Positions 12,206-26,469 of a stretch of DNA of 64,000 nt are shown piece after piece. This DNA comes from Eledone cirrhosa (taxonomy: Eukaryota): assembly GCA_964016885.1 (NCBI GenBank), contig OZ024741.1, positions 378,138,001 to 378,202,000 on the forward strand, written 5' to 3'. How positions within the stretch are numbered: position 1 is the first letter of the stretch; each line of letters starts with the position of its first letter. The position numbers and the translations under genes are program-made. The notes under the pieces were generated by a model. It saw only the letters and a program-made list of their open reading frames with translations. It did not search any database and had not been told where the DNA came from.

Positions 12206-12870
12206 ATATATATATATATATATATATCAAAATATAAATACATACATATATATATATATATATACAAGAGAATATAAATGCATACATATGTATATATATA
12301 TATAAATATATTTCATAAATGATCTTATAAATATCATTGTAAGATGTATAAAAACATTTTCAGACTTTTAATAGTTAATATAAATTTAAAAAATCCTATA
12401 TAAATTAACAATATAACTTACCAAAACGAGAAAAATATTTTGATGATAAACGACGAAATACTGGAGGAAGATTCGAAGAGAAAACGATAAATAAACGTGC
12501 AAACAAAGTGGGGGATGCTTTTGAGCAACAATTACTCTCGTTGGTTGATTAGCCAATAAGACGATGAAATTAGCCAATAAGACGATACATTACAAAAGAT
12601 GTTTGGGAGGGATCACCACGGCCAGCAATATCCCTTGAATTGTTTATTCACAAGCTACGCATCTATGTGAGACACACAAACTTACAACATTATGTTGTTG
12701 GTGTCTACAGATAAATAACTATTTTTAAAAATATATGTGAAACGATTAAAGAATCGGCTTCGTAAAATAAGGGAGGCGTACTTTCGAACATGATCGCATC
12801 CACCTCCCGATATAAGGAAATAAACACACGCACGTGTACAATAATTAATACACGCACTCATACATACACA

Positions 12871-12990
<120 letters not shown>

Positions 12991-13405
12991 ATATATATAT
13001 ATAGTAATAAGATTGAATAGCATTTGAAGACTAAAATCCAAAGAGGGCTAGAGAAGGATAAATATATATAAAATATATAAGAACCGCAGAGCACTCTATT
13101 GACTCATATTCATCATGCAGAAACAACAACGGAATATTTCTAAAAAGAACATACCCGTACCGTTTTTGCGTATGGTTGTTTTCAACGCTCCAAATAATGA
13201 CGTATCATCTTCGTTTTGTTTCCGTTCTTTGCCAGGGAACGTTTCAACGAACCAAAGTATCGTCTTTTTGTCTTCCTTCTGTTGCAACGGCTTTCGAAAT
13301 ATTTACTTCTGCGTTCACAGATTGCTTTCTTAGTTTCAGAAGATCCCGTTAAGGGTGAAAACAGCGATTCTTTGCTTAAACTTTAATATGTTATTTTAAT
13401 AAATA

Positions 13406-13436
<31 letters not shown>

Positions 13437-13440
<4 letters not shown>

Positions 13441-14040
13441 AGGAGTTGACGGACCCAACATACCTATCAATGCCAAGACCGGTTGTATCTCAGGTTATTC
13501 AATGAGCAATGTAAGATACATTCCCATATAGTTATTCGCTTCAATACAACACATGTAAAACGGGTTCCTATAATAGTTCCCGGACTCGAGTTTCGGCCAC
13601 ACTTAATGCAACAGTAAGGTGCACCCTCCGTCTGCATATATTATGCAACAGTGCATAATCGGCGTATGCGGCTTCATCAGCGGGTATCACCATTCGATCG
13701 ACAGAATCCAAACCCCAGGCCATGCCGATTATGGCTGTTTGTGACAACCGACTCGGTAAAGCAATTAGCAACTGGTATCCGATACAACTCTGTCCCTCGA
13801 CTAGCCACCGATTTACAAACTTTACGTGGCGGCAGGAGCATGGAAAACAAATCTTTTCCTTCCCGTCAAAAGCACTCAACCAACGTGTCTCAAACACAAA
13901 TTAATAAGAGGTGAAAAGATGCTTATTAGAAATAGCAGTCCCACATCGATGTATAATAGAATGGTAGCATTCGGCTCATGTCTCCACGTCCCATGGCTAG
14001 AAGAAAGCGATAGTAACAATGGTAGTGCTAAGAACCTTTA
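13437..14040 (-). mobile_element. Solo PLE pseudo-LTR or 3' end fragment
   Basis: Contains a complete hammerhead and terminates in (TA)n at 13409-13436; no RT coding seen; right boundary approximate. Confidence 0.6.
13579..13684 (-). ncRNA. Type I hammerhead ribozyme with a long stem-loop II
   Basis: Minus strand: CCCG-CTGATGA-aGCCGCAT...GTGTGGCc-GAAA-CTCGAG-TC-CGGG; palindromic stem III, GUC cleavage site. Confidence 0.85.
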
Positions 14041-14820
14041 ACATATTTATAAATGCATATATATGTGTGAGCCTGTGTCAATGTCTGTGTGTGTGTGGTG
14101 GGGGAGCATGTATGTGTTTCGAAATTTAATTCTTAAAACGGTTTTCACATCTGCAAAGTTTGTGCATAAACAGTTGCAGATTTGTTTGTACCGAATGTAT
14201 ATAATCTATGCTGAATGATATTCTTATTGTTTTATAAATATTTACGTATTCATGTATATCTAATAATTACATATGCATACAATACTTACTAAATACACAC
14301 ATTTATATGTATATACATATGTCATTTTATTTTTATGTACGTTTTAATGAAAAACTCTCCGGTATTTCCCAAAAAACTCTAAAACAATCACATGATGTAG
14401 GCATTTTTAAATCAAGCTGATTATGTAATAGGTATGTAAAGCATTGTCACCAGTCAGCTGTTAACAATGTAAACACATTTTCTTTTCGGCCTTTGAGTTC
14501 CCTGCTTTTATTCAGGTTACTGCAGCCAAGTGATATACCCTCGTTGTTGCTGCCAAGTTAGATATAGAGCAGTGGAGGGTGATATTGCAGTGGTAAGAGA
14601 TGACATACGTTCAAGTTTATTCTTGAAATGTTGTCCCTGCATAAAGAAATCATAGCAGAAACAATGCGTCAAGGAATTTCTTAAACCTCTTATTATGGAT
14701 GCTCACTATGATGCCATGCGTATAATAATTCTTGAATGTCAATGAGAAGAAGTGAAAAAGATTGACTACACCGTAGCTCATTGATTGAATGGAATAAATA
14801 TCACTGATTATGTAAACATA

Positions 14821-14888
<68 letters not shown>

Positions 14889-14889
<1 letters not shown>

Positions 14890-15072
14890 ATACATAAACA
14901 GAGAAAGCTTTAAGCAATACTCCGACCGGCTTCCGTCTCACTCAACAAACATTAGGATATACCTTAGTATAATCCCAATTATACGTTTGGGGTGCTAACT
15001 ATACGTATTTTGCGGATAGCCAGTTGTATTATTTTATATGAGACATAATTAAAAATACATACATATATATAC

Positions 15073-15147
<75 letters not shown>

Positions 15148-15310
15148 CATAATCGGAGAAAGCCACAAGCGATACTCCGGCCCAAATCCAGCTCACTCTA
15201 CAAACATTAGGAAATACCTGAGTATATTCCTAATTAAACGTTCTGAAGGCTAACTAATTGTATTGTGTGGAAATTGGCTGTATCATTTCATGTGAGATAT
15301 ATCAAATATA
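14889..15310 (-). repeat. Two diverged ~170-bp copies, each abutting (TA)n; probable decayed PLE 3' ends
   Basis: 14889-15058 and 15143-15310 align (AATACATAA..GAGAAAGC...CTCACTC.ACAAACATTAGGA.ATACCT). The first has a degenerate GGAAGCCGGTC on the minus strand. Confidence 0.5.
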
Positions 15311-15634
15311 TCTCTTCCCAGACGGACGTCTCGTTTCATTATAAGATTTCTACAAGTTGGGTGAAATTATACCAATTTATGTAGAAGCTTGTATGAGATC
15401 AACAGATACTTATTCAAGTGGGCTCTTATAATTCTTCAGTGGGTGCCGAATAACATTAATATTGATAACTAAATCAACATCAATGTTCAGCGATAATCAC
15501 CACAGTGCTTAACGGAGCTGTTAGGTTGTTAGTCCAGCAGTTCTAAAGAAAATTTCACACTGTCACTAACATAGGTGGAAGGAGATTACTGCCAAAAAAC
15601 AATACATGCGCAGGTCAATGGATTCTGAAAAAAA

Positions 15635-15730
<96 letters not shown>

Positions 15731-15835
15731 GAAAATTGAGGTTGGTAATGGCACATGGAATATATAAGAGACAGAATACTTTTTTATGAAAAAAAATAAT
15801 TTTATAAGGTAAGGAAATAATAAAGGGTATAAAAA

Positions 15836-15878
15836 ATGACCGGTTTCGATGGGTCTGCAAAAGCCATCTTTTCAAATG
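15836..15878 (-). ncRNA. Variant pLTR hammerhead of PLE2
   Basis: Minus strand: TTGAAAA-GATGG cttttgcagac CCATC-GAAA-CCGG-TC; non-canonical first core strand, palindromic stem III. Confidence 0.55.
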
Positions 15879-16194
15879 TTGATTAATATTAAGAAAAATT
15901 AATAATACGAAGAGTTAAAATTTGAGATTTGAAAATTCAAGTATAAAATTCATTGTGGGATTTCATAGCAGTTTTCATCTAGGTAGCAACAACAGGTTGA
16001 CTGCTGTGTCCCTTTCTGGTAGTGAATGAGAAGTTATTTGGGGTGTGGGTTATTTTATAAAGGTCAGATTTAGCAATCGCCAACTGGCCAGCTGCTGGTC
16101 AGTGAGGGGGTGGAAGCAATATACACACACATATCTTCCTGTGGTGGGTAGGAGAGTGGAGCGTCATAGAAAGGGATTTAGTGCACTTACACCT

Positions 16195-16370
16195 ATATAT
16201 ACACACATACCTTCATCCACACATACATACATATACATATACATATACATATATATATATATATACATATACACACATACATACACACACACATACATAT
16301 ACCTACACACATACACACACACACACATATATACACATACACACACATATATATATATATATACACACAC

Positions 16371-16401
<31 letters not shown>

Positions 16402-16472
16402 TATATATACATACACATACATCCAGATACACACATACATACACACACACACACACAGATATATATATACAC

Positions 16473-16512
<40 letters not shown>

Positions 16513-16714
16513 CCACACATACATACACACACACACACATATATATACATACACACATACAAACATACACACATACACACATATATATACACATACACAC
16601 ACATATATATACACACACACACGCATATATATATATATATACACACATACGCATACATCCAGATACACACATACATACACACACACACACGCACACACAA
16701 TACATACATCCACA

Positions 16715-16750
<36 letters not shown>

Positions 16751-16815
16751 TACATACACCCACACACAGAGAAATGGCCTCCAAATATATATATATATAT
16801 ATATACATACAGACA
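16195..16815. repeat. Compound (CA)n/(TA)n microsatellite
   Basis: Read directly; explains the HTYI/VCVY spurious ORFs. Confidence 0.97.
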
Positions 16816-17106
16816 CATATATTTTTTCCATAATATAAGAAGTTGGGACAGTGAAATTAAAATACAAGTCATTCTGATCACATTGAGTTCTTCATGTAGA
16901 TTGGGCCCCGCAACCGACAGTGGTGAATTCTGTGTGCGCATATATATATATAGATATATGTGTGTGCACGTGCAGGGTTTAACATGGATGTGTTGGTCAC
17001 ACAAAAGCATGGTCTGTCAACGAATAAACCTGATTCTACAGAATTGGCCTCTGGTCTTTAATAGTAGTGATTCCGTGCGTATGTGTGTTTATATTTTATG
17101 ACAATT

Positions 17107-20010
17107 CTATTGGGGTGATAACCCGTTTAGTTTTGGTTTAAATTTGTTAAGGAATAGATTTTCTTTGTTTATTCTTTGTTGCTGTGTGAACGAATCTGAG
17201 CACTTGTAGAAGGGGAAGATTTTAAAGTTGGGTAGTGTCATTCCTGCGCAGTTCGCAATATGGCTGCTCAAGGGGATTTTTCTTGTGTTAGCGTCCCGGA
17301 TTTGTTGGCGGTGGATGGTCATTCTTTTGCGTAATGAGGTGCCCGTCTGTCCTATGTAGTTGTGTTTGCTCCCACCGCAAGTTATTGCGTAAATCAAGTT
17401 CTCCGAGTTGCAGGTGAAATTGTTTTTTACTGTAAATGTTTGGCCATCTTTGAATGTAAATGTTTGTCCTTCAGTGAGGTAGAGGCACGTTCCACAGTTT
17501 GTTCTACCACATTTGGTAACTGTAGGGTTGTGGATTGGTTTGGGTATATTTGGTCCAGTGAGAATGCGTTTAAGTGATTTGGGTTGTCTTTTACTTTTAA
17601 GGATCTTGTGTGTTTCAAGAATAGACTTCATTTTTACATCTTTAAGTAGGATGGGGAGGTTTTTGTGTAGGTGATCAAACATTTCGGTATTTCTGGGGTT
17701 GAAAGTGGATACATATGGCAGGGTGTTGAGTGTGGTTTTCTGTTTTGGATTGTTAAGTTGATGGGGATTTAGGTGTTTTGCCCTGTCTTTTCCATTGTTG
17801 ATTATTTCAAGTGGAAAGGCTCTTAAGGTAAGGGTGTCTTTTAGTTCCTTTAGTCTTTGCTCCCGTTTAGGTGGATCTGATACTATGGTACATATACGTT
17901 TGGCCAAATTGTAAGAAATGTTAAGTTTTGTATGTTTTGGGTGACTTGATGTGAAAAAGAGGTATTGCTTGGAATCTGTGGGTTTATAGAATATATCTGT
18001 ATCTAATTTCCCGTCTATTACAGAGATGAGAATATCCAAGAAGGCTAATTCCTTAGGATTGGATTCCATTGTGAATTGTATGTTATTATCTATGTTGTTT
18101 ATCATGTTTTTAAACGTAGTAAGTGAGTTCATGTCTTCTTGCCATAGGATAAAGCAGTCGTCTAGATATCTTTTCCAATTGGCTTTGAGGTGTGTGTGTG
18201 GAAAGAGTCTCCAAATAAGAGAAAGGACTGACTGTATATTTGTTGTTCATGGAATACCATGACTAGGTTGGCATATGCGGGTGCTACTTTCGTGCCCATT
18301 GCCGTACCTGATATTTGTCTGTATGTTGAACCATTGAATGTGAAGTAGTTATTTTGTAGGATAAAGCGGAGTCCGTCAGTGATAAAATCTGTGTTGATGC
18401 GTGTCGGTATTTCTGATGGGTGTGTGTTAAGCCAGTATTGGACTGCTGTTATTCCATAGTTGTGAGGTATGTTTGTGTAGAGGTTTATTACGTCAAAGGA
18501 GACAAGAATTGTATTTGCACTTACTGTTTTAGGGAGGTGTTTCAGCATGTCAAGGTCATCTCGTATGTAGCTCTGTATATGTTGTAGAAAGGGTTTCAGT
18601 AGGATGTCCAGAAAGTTGCTAAGTCTGTGGGTTTCACATGTAGCGCCTGCTATAATTGGCCTGAGTTTTAGGTCTTCTGGTGGTGTTAGTTCAATGTAAT
18701 CGTTGGTTGAGGTGTCACATGCACCGTTTATGGGTTTACATTTGTGGAGTTTCGGTAAGCTTGTATTGCATTTGAAGTGGCTTATATAGTTAAACTCTTT
18801 TGTGGTTAAGCTGTTGCGGTATTTATTCAGTAAGGTCAAAAGGTTCCCCATTGTTTTGGTGTGTTTGTAGTTTTCTGTTTTTTCATAGTATGTGTTGTTT
18901 TCTAAACTGTTAAGTGCGAGGGTCCTATAGTAGTCCGTATTCATAATGACAACAGTACTGCCTTTATCGGCTTCTTTGATAGTTATCTCAGGGTTGTTTC
19001 TAAGTGTGAATAATTCTTCCCATTCGTGTGTAGATAGGTTTGATTTCGTGTGTTTATTTGTAATTTTTTCATAGGGAAAGTTGGTGATGTGTTCGCAGTA
19101 CGTGTCCAGTGCTTTATTTCTTCCCTTTTGTGGGCAGAAATTGCTTTTATTTCTAACCAGTGATTCGTCTTCAGTGTTGGTGTCGTTGTGGAAGAATTCC
19201 GTTAGTCGCAGCTTTCGGCAGTATTCCATGATGTCATCCTTCATTTCGGGGAAGTTTGGTTTACGTGATGTAGGTGTAAATTTCAGGCCCTTACTTAAAA
19301 TGTTGATTTGTGTGTTGGTTAGAGGTGTCTTTGAGAGGTTGATTATTTTTGGCTTCTCCTGTGGGGGGGGGGGGGGGGGGGGGGGGGGCGGGCATCGAGT
19401 ATCCTGGTATTTCAGGCTTTTCCCTAAAAAAGGAATGTAGTTTTGTGTGTGATTATATTTTATTGGTCTGTTGCGTGTGGGTCTGTAGCTTGTTGTTTCA
19501 TGAGGGTGAATGTGATGGTGGGGGTGGTATGTGTTGTGGTTGTTGATGAGCAAGGGTTCTGTTGTTGGTTCACGTGGTCTGGGTGCGTTATTTCTGTGGT
19601 ACAGAGTGTTGAGGTTGGGGGGTTGTCTTTTGTTGGATTGAGGGTGATGTCTGGTGTGGTTGTGGGTAAGTTCTGTTGTGATTTCAAGTAGTCTGGGTGG
19701 ATTTCTTCTGAGGAATGTGGTGTGTGTGTTGTGAGTTGGATCTATGTTATTTCGTCGTTGGTTTATGTAGGGGGCATTTCTACGGAAACCTGTGTTGTGG
19801 TGGTTGGGTGTGTTTCTTTTGGTGTAGTTGGCCGTATTTGGTTTGTGTTGGTGGGGGATGTGCCTGTTGTTAGTGTGTGTTGGGTTTGGTGGTGTAAATG
19901 TGTCTGTTGTAGTTCTTGTTATGTTCAAATGCTTTATAAAGGGGTTACCTGTTTGGTGCGTCCTTTTAAAGTCTTCTTCATATTTGAGGAACCAGTTTTC
20001 GGAAACTGAT
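17107..20010 (-). pseudogene. PLE2 polyprotein (RT + GIY-YIG), near intact
   Basis: Motifs IINLS...LSKGLKFTPT, IKEADKGSTVVIM, LPKLHK, RPIIA, FDVINLYTNIP, YRQISGTAMGT, WKRYLDD (across a frameshift in an (AC)n run at ~18190-18200), FLDI, YKPTD, LIYAITC...YIGQTG..LRKRM..HR. Confidence 0.93.
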
Positions 20011-20146
20011 CTAGAAAGTGGATTGATGGCATCAAGGACACCTTGATATGACACAGCATCAAGCTAGGACAGGTCTTCTAACACAATGCAGAGCATCAGG
20101 TCTTTCTTTACATGACACCTTTAAGGATACAAGTGGAAAGATAATG

Positions 20147-20286
<140 letters not shown>

Positions 20287-20357
20287 CATTATGAAGAGTG
20301 AAGAAACATTAGATATAATTAGTAATAAGATATATCATACCCAACAGCTTCTTTAGT

Positions 20358-20448
20358 CCCCGACTACGTAGGTTCGTGGCATATTATGCAAAGACACTAC
20401 ATCACAGAGATATATAATGTTTGTGACGTCAGCCGACTTATCAAGAGG
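20358..20448 (-). ncRNA. Degenerate or variant hammerhead in a solo PLE pLTR remnant (~20283-20580)
   Basis: Minus strand: CCTC-TTGATAA-GTcGGC...GCCAC-GAAC-CTACGTAG-TC-GGGG; 8-nt palindromic stem III; 75 nt from (TA)n. Confidence 0.5.
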
Positions 20449-21029
20449 ATATCTTATTAAGGGTTTCAAAACACGTCCGTAAGATGCGAGATAGAATCCC
20501 GAAAGGCGGAGGGGGAGTCAATCACATGATACAGCGGTCAAGAAACAGAGCTACGCCACTTATAACCCTGAAAAAAATACCACGGAGTATATGTATATAT
20601 ATATGTATATATACAACCATATATATGTATATATACAAACATATATGTGTGGTTGCGTGTGTGTGGTAGGAAGTGCCCTAGCAACCGATGTGTATGATCA
20701 AGTTATATCCGTGTAAATAGAGAGTCAGTAACTGAGACTGCATCATCATGTATAAATATTTCTTTTTTATAGTATATAAACATGCCAGAAAATACGAATT
20801 CCCTTGTAAGTTGAAAAACAAGTGATAAACATCTTTAATTGACTTTCAGATTTTATTTAAGTCTCTTCAGAACCCGCGTGAATAATCCACATCTTTCATT
20901 GCTGCTGATTGGATGACATACACAACTTCTATTGAGGATTCAATAAAACAAATTAGAAAACGATTGAGGTATATCATCGTTTAAATTTGCAGGAAATTCG
21001 TATTTGTTGGTATGTTTACATGCTTATTA

Positions 21030-22580
21030 TATATACATAATTGGTTCACCTCCAGATTTGTTGAAATCTGTGTATATGTTGTCCAGTCCATGGTTTTTCT
21101 TGCTTCAAATGTTTGATGGCATGAAATATCTCACTAGCCAAAATAGATGGAATGGCATCTGATGTCGAATCATGGATGGTTGTTTGTTCTGAGTTGCTAA
21201 AGTACAGTTCGTCATAGAATTTAGCCCAGCGTTCAAGGATATCATCTTTGGAAGTAAGGATAATACGGTTTGAATCTTTAATGGCCCAGCTATGTTTACT
21301 TTGTTTAGTCTTTAGTTTCTTCAGAATAGCATGATATAACCAGTTGCGTGGTAGGTTATTCAGCTCCTCGATGTTATATATTTTATATAACATCTCTTTA
21401 ACTGTATTATCACTACAGGAAAAAGCGCAGATATGTTCAAGAAAGCATTGATAGTTGTACTCTACAAAAAATGTAGCAGACTAGATTGTGGGGACTAACA
21501 TCCTATCAGCTTACTGAGTCACGTTTACAAGCTTTTCATGAGTATCATAGCAGCATGAGTGAAGTCCAACCTTTACGTCTCGTATCCTGAAACACAAGCA
21601 GCGTATACAACTGGAAGAAGCACCATGAGCACATTCTAGCAATTGAACAAATTATTGAGAAATCAATAGAATTCAACAACCCTGTGCACATCACCTTCAT
21701 TGATTTCACAAAAAGATTTTCACAACGTGAAACGACCCTGCTTGTGGCAACTCTTAAACAACACCCCAATAAACGAAAAAGTACACGAATCTATTGAAAG
21801 AAACTTACACAACTCACCCGCATATATCAAAAGAAACTTGGGAACTACACGCTGTATACACATCTTGAAGTGAGTTAAGTAGGGGGATGTACTAACAGTA
21901 TTTCTTTTCTGTATAGTTATAGCTGTATTTAGCTACCACACTGAAGAAGAAAGCTCCACAGGCTATCAAATAGAAGGTAAAATCTTATCAAACCTTAGCT
22001 ATACAGACGATCTGGCCATCATGAGATACTATAGAACTGATCTGCAATACGTTCTGAGTGTACTGGCCAAACATTCGCTGGAGGCTGGCTTACACATAAA
22101 CATCACCAAAACAAAATGTATGACAACTAATAAAAATAATGCCAATCTCGAACGCAAAATCTACAACCAGCAAATTGTTCAAGTTATGGAGTTTGTATAT
22201 CTCGGTCACAAACTATCATCAAACAACAATGGAATGGCTGTTGCGCAATATCGAATCTCTCTAGGTTGGGCAGCTTTCAACAAGAGCGACCGTATCTGTA
22301 TCAGTGAGCTGCTCAAAATTACCAAACTTAGACCAATCACATCAATTGTCAAGTCAAGAGTACTAAAAGTATACGGTCATATAAAAATATGAAATGGTAG
22401 TGTGAGTTGGTTATGCCTGGAAGGAGAGTTGGCTGGTGAGAGAAGAAGATGCCGGAAGTCAAAGGATGGTTTTACAATGTGAACTTATGGACTGGACTTG
22501 ATCTTTGCTCTTTAAACTCTGCTGCTGGTGATCGAACTTTGTGGAGAGAGGTATCACATCTTAATGCGCAGTCTGCAACT
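21030..22580 (+). mobile_element. Degenerate RTE-clade LINE with an inverted 5' segment (21030-21388 minus, 21389-22580 plus)
   Basis: Minus: IKDSN..ILT...ILERWAKFYDELY...GLDNI.TD..KSGG. Plus: HLFNCII.TGK...LIVVLYKK...PISLLSHVYKLF, FIDF.K, LSYTDDLA, GLHINITKTKCM, EFVYLG, DRTLWR. Confidence 0.85.
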
Positions 22581-23078
22581 GGCGGAGTATGTATATATAC
22601 ATACACACGCTCTTTCAGTCAAGATCACGCACTCTGTATTTAAACAGATATACCACATACATATACATATGTGAGCATATGTTGGCGATTAAATCGTTGT
22701 TGTCATTATTACAAAAAGTGATAGGATATGTGTAACTTTATTTGAATGCATGTCATTTAAATGTTTTAGATGTCCATTACAATTAGATGTGCATGCCCAT
22801 TTACTTAAATTAATGACCAAATAACATGATTTATTTTGATCGTACATCACAACACCCGCAAATATTAATTTATAGTTTTATTTTAAAACGTTATACGAAT
22901 ATATGCAGGTCTATTATTCAAAACAAAATAACAACATAAAAGTATTATGAAGACTTGCATTCTCTTGTAAAATTATTTATGATAATTCTCTAAATACACC
23001 GATGCATAAAGTATATGAAGCGCGAGGTCAATGCATATGTTACATATACTTTTATTCATGTCCATATATATATATAAT

Positions 23079-23159
<81 letters not shown>

Positions 23160-25799
23160 TTGTTTGAACAGAATATTACATCCATCACGTAACGAAATCA
23201 TTTGAAATCATAGCTACGTCGGGGACACCACCTTTGAAATTTTGATTTAAATCACATCAAAACCGAAACATAAATATATGTCTGGCTAGAGTGAAATAAA
23301 TATCTATTGTATTGTTCCGAGGATTCTTGTCATATTTGTTTTGGTGTATTATTTATACGTTTCGGCCTACATGTCTTTATATGTTGCAAACTGCCTCTAT
23401 AGCAGTCTGTCTCTTTTCATATGTCCGATTCTTTTTCATATCTCTCTTTCTTTTTCTACATTATAGATATTTACATTTGTTACTCTTTCGCTGTTTGTCT
23501 CTGTTTCCTCGCATATCAATCCTACTCTCTCATTTTTTGTGTGTGTACAGACATATTCTTCACTTTGTGCATATCTATTTGCTTGTTTCTTCAGATTACT
23601 TCTTACCTCATTAGCCCATATGTCTAAATGTAATAATTGCCGTACTTCGGCTTATCCCAACCCACTTTACTCTTTAAAATTCTTACATTTTATGACGATT
23701 CTTTTCATTTATTTATTCCTTTCTATATCCCTCTATCACAGCAATTTCCTCCACCTCTATTTCTCATCATATTTAAAACACACGCAGATACATGCACACA
23801 TACATACACATAAAACACAATCACACACATACACGTACACACGTCTCTATTTCCATTGCACATCTTACAGAGAATTACAATAAACCCATTTTTCATTATT
23901 CTTCTTCACTGCCAATTGATTAGCTTTCAGAGATATAAAAAAAATAAAACGAATTAGTGTATTTCAAAATAGAAACATTTCTCTGATACATAGCTCGATA
24001 TATTTCTGCAAGACATTAACAATATTTTGTAAAGGAAGATAAAGGGGAAACAACGTGATAAATAATTATAGAGCTACATAAATATTGAAAGAGATACATA
24101 AATAGTGAAGTGAAAGAGATACATAAAGTTGTGAAATGATTTGTTCGAATTGTGTTATAACTTCTAGAATATTACAAAATATGAATTGGATAGTATATAT
24201 TTTATAATGCATATCATTATGTAGGTCCGTGTAAATGTGTCTACATATGTTCCTTTTTAGTTGTGTGTTCAGATCAATAATTGCATGTATGTAGGTACTA
24301 CAATCTTGGTCATATGGTGAGCAAAATCGTTTCAGAATTGCTTTGGGATAAGCTAGTTTGTGAGACATAGGTACTGTGTTCCAATTAGATATTTCAAGGA
24401 GCTGTACCATACATGTTTATATCCATGCTCCCAATGATGTATACATGTTCATATCCATGCTCCCAATGATGTTCGTTAGGAAAATATCAATGGTTATTAG
24501 TTGGGAAGTCAATCACTCTCTTTACACTAATATCAATGAATCAAAGAGATCAAAGGCAATACAAATAAAATCAATTACTCACCTCTCGCTACGATCTCTT
24601 TATACCATATAGTATTACTCCATCACGTGTTCCAACCGACAGTTTGAAGCCATGCTAGGACACATATCTTAACTATAATAAAGGAAAGTCTGCGGGATTG
24701 CGTCCAGAATATATTTGTTTACCCCGTTTGTAAAATAAGTTGGATTACTTTGAATAAATAATGAATGAATATTACATAATTTATGTGCTAAATTTCGTGG
24801 CTGTTGATTAAATATATTTTATAGCTTAATCTTTAAAATTCACTTCTTTAAAATTATCAAATCTCAACACTTCCGGTTAGCGGCTGTTATATTATAACAC
24901 TTATAATCGCATATATTTCCGTCGCTAATTTTCTCCTAATGCAGTTTATATATAATGTCTTTTTTTTTATATATCATGGATTATGGATTACAGACGACAG
25001 TGTAACATAGGCTTTGTTCGATTTCTGTGTATATTGTCAATTACGATTTCATTTCATGTATCATATTTACATGCAGATATAATTGTGTATAATATCAATA
25101 TTCACACTACACGTGCTAGCAATTGTTTTTCTGCTAGTACTTACGAATATATATATATATTAGTAAAAAGGAAGCCTAATAAGGCCTCTCCATTTGATCA
25201 ATGCCGGCATGTGTAATAGTATCTTGCAGTAGAAGATATGACTCAGTCTTAACCACATCTAACGCTGCAATGACTTCTTGAAGTCTGAATCTGTAAGCTG
25301 AACCGATGTTTTGCTATATAGATTTCCACCACTGACAGTAGCAAGGGATCCTTTCCATTTTCTGGCACTCGCAGAGTTATAATTATCTTCACTCCCGCAT
25401 ATGCAGTCATTTTTGCAACCCTACAAATATAGTAGCATTTAAACCCTCCATACAAATCTATATCACACTAACAGATCTTTATTTGAGGAAGTTACAATTA
25501 TATAATAGCCGATGAAGCTCTCCAATAAGAACGGCTCTTTACCTCAAATGTCTGTTAAAGTTCAGTTTCCAAGTTTCAACGTTCGGTTCCTACTCAACCC
25601 TCTTTGTTATCACGCATAAAATTTGCGCGTATATCGAGATCACCTTTTGGTCTCAGTGCCAGTGAATATATGTTCTGAAATAATTAATCATAATACATTT
25701 CAAGCATTTGAAAATTTAGTTTATGGAATTACCCTGCATGGAGCCAGTTGCAGAAGCTTTCCGACAGAAAATATAGAACACAGTACGGATAATTATAAT

Positions 25800-26020
25800 T
25801 AATGGTTTCTTATATAGGCTCGAGGTCATCAATTGTGGGGGATGGGAAAGTCGATTACATCGACCCCCAATGCGTGACAGGTAGTTTATTTTATCGACCC
25901 CGTAAGGATTAAATGCAAAGTTAACCTCGGTAGGATTTGAACTCAGGTCATAAACAGCCGTAACTCTATGCTGTAAAACATGTCTTCCGATCCTCTACCG
26001 ATACTGCCAATCCACCGCCC
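25800..26020 (-). mobile_element. tRNA-derived SINE (octopod-type)
   Basis: Minus-strand head GGCGGTGGATTGGCAGTATCGGTAGAG (A box), GAGTTCAAATCC (B box), core GGGGTCGATAAAATAAA. Confidence 0.88.
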
Positions 26021-26200
26021 TACGTATAACTATGATAAATGAAATATGATTAGAATTTAAATGCATTGTCCACTGAGCCTTATTTCATGATACTTTATCA
26101 TGAGCATGTTAGTAGAACGAAGAATCCATATATATATATATTTTGAGGAATTTACTGGAATATATTTTCTCGAGAAATAAGATGTTGCTTTTATAAAATA

Positions 26201-26469
26201 ACTGTTTCTACTTTTGGCACAAGGCCAGCAATTAACCAGTGCATTACTGGTACTTTAATTTATCGACCCCGTAAGGATGAAAGGCAAAGTTAACCACGGC
26301 GGGATTTGAACTCAGAATGGCAAGCGCCGTAACTCTATGCGTCAAAGCATGGCGTCCGACTCTCTACCGATACTGCCAATCCACCGCCATTGGCGGTCGA
26401 TGTAATCGACTTTCCCCTCCCCCACAATTGATTACCTCGAGCCTATATAAGAAACCATTAATCCACCGA
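26201..26469 (-). mobile_element. SINE fused to an inverted SINE tail, bounded by a 15-bp target-site duplication
   Basis: Full SINE at 26201-26389 and a plus-strand tail at 26395-26461. TGCTTTTATAAAATA occurs at 26186-26200 and 26470-26484. Confidence 0.85.

Larger units (their letters stand above)
15731..20010 (-). mobile_element. Penelope-like element PLE2 (Neptune-like), 5'-truncated; 3' UTR/pLTR interrupted by a (CA/TA)n tract
   Basis: RT plus KCGRTNCGTC linker plus GIY-YIG; hammerhead-like motif near the 3' end; (TA)n at or near both ends. Confidence 0.9.
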
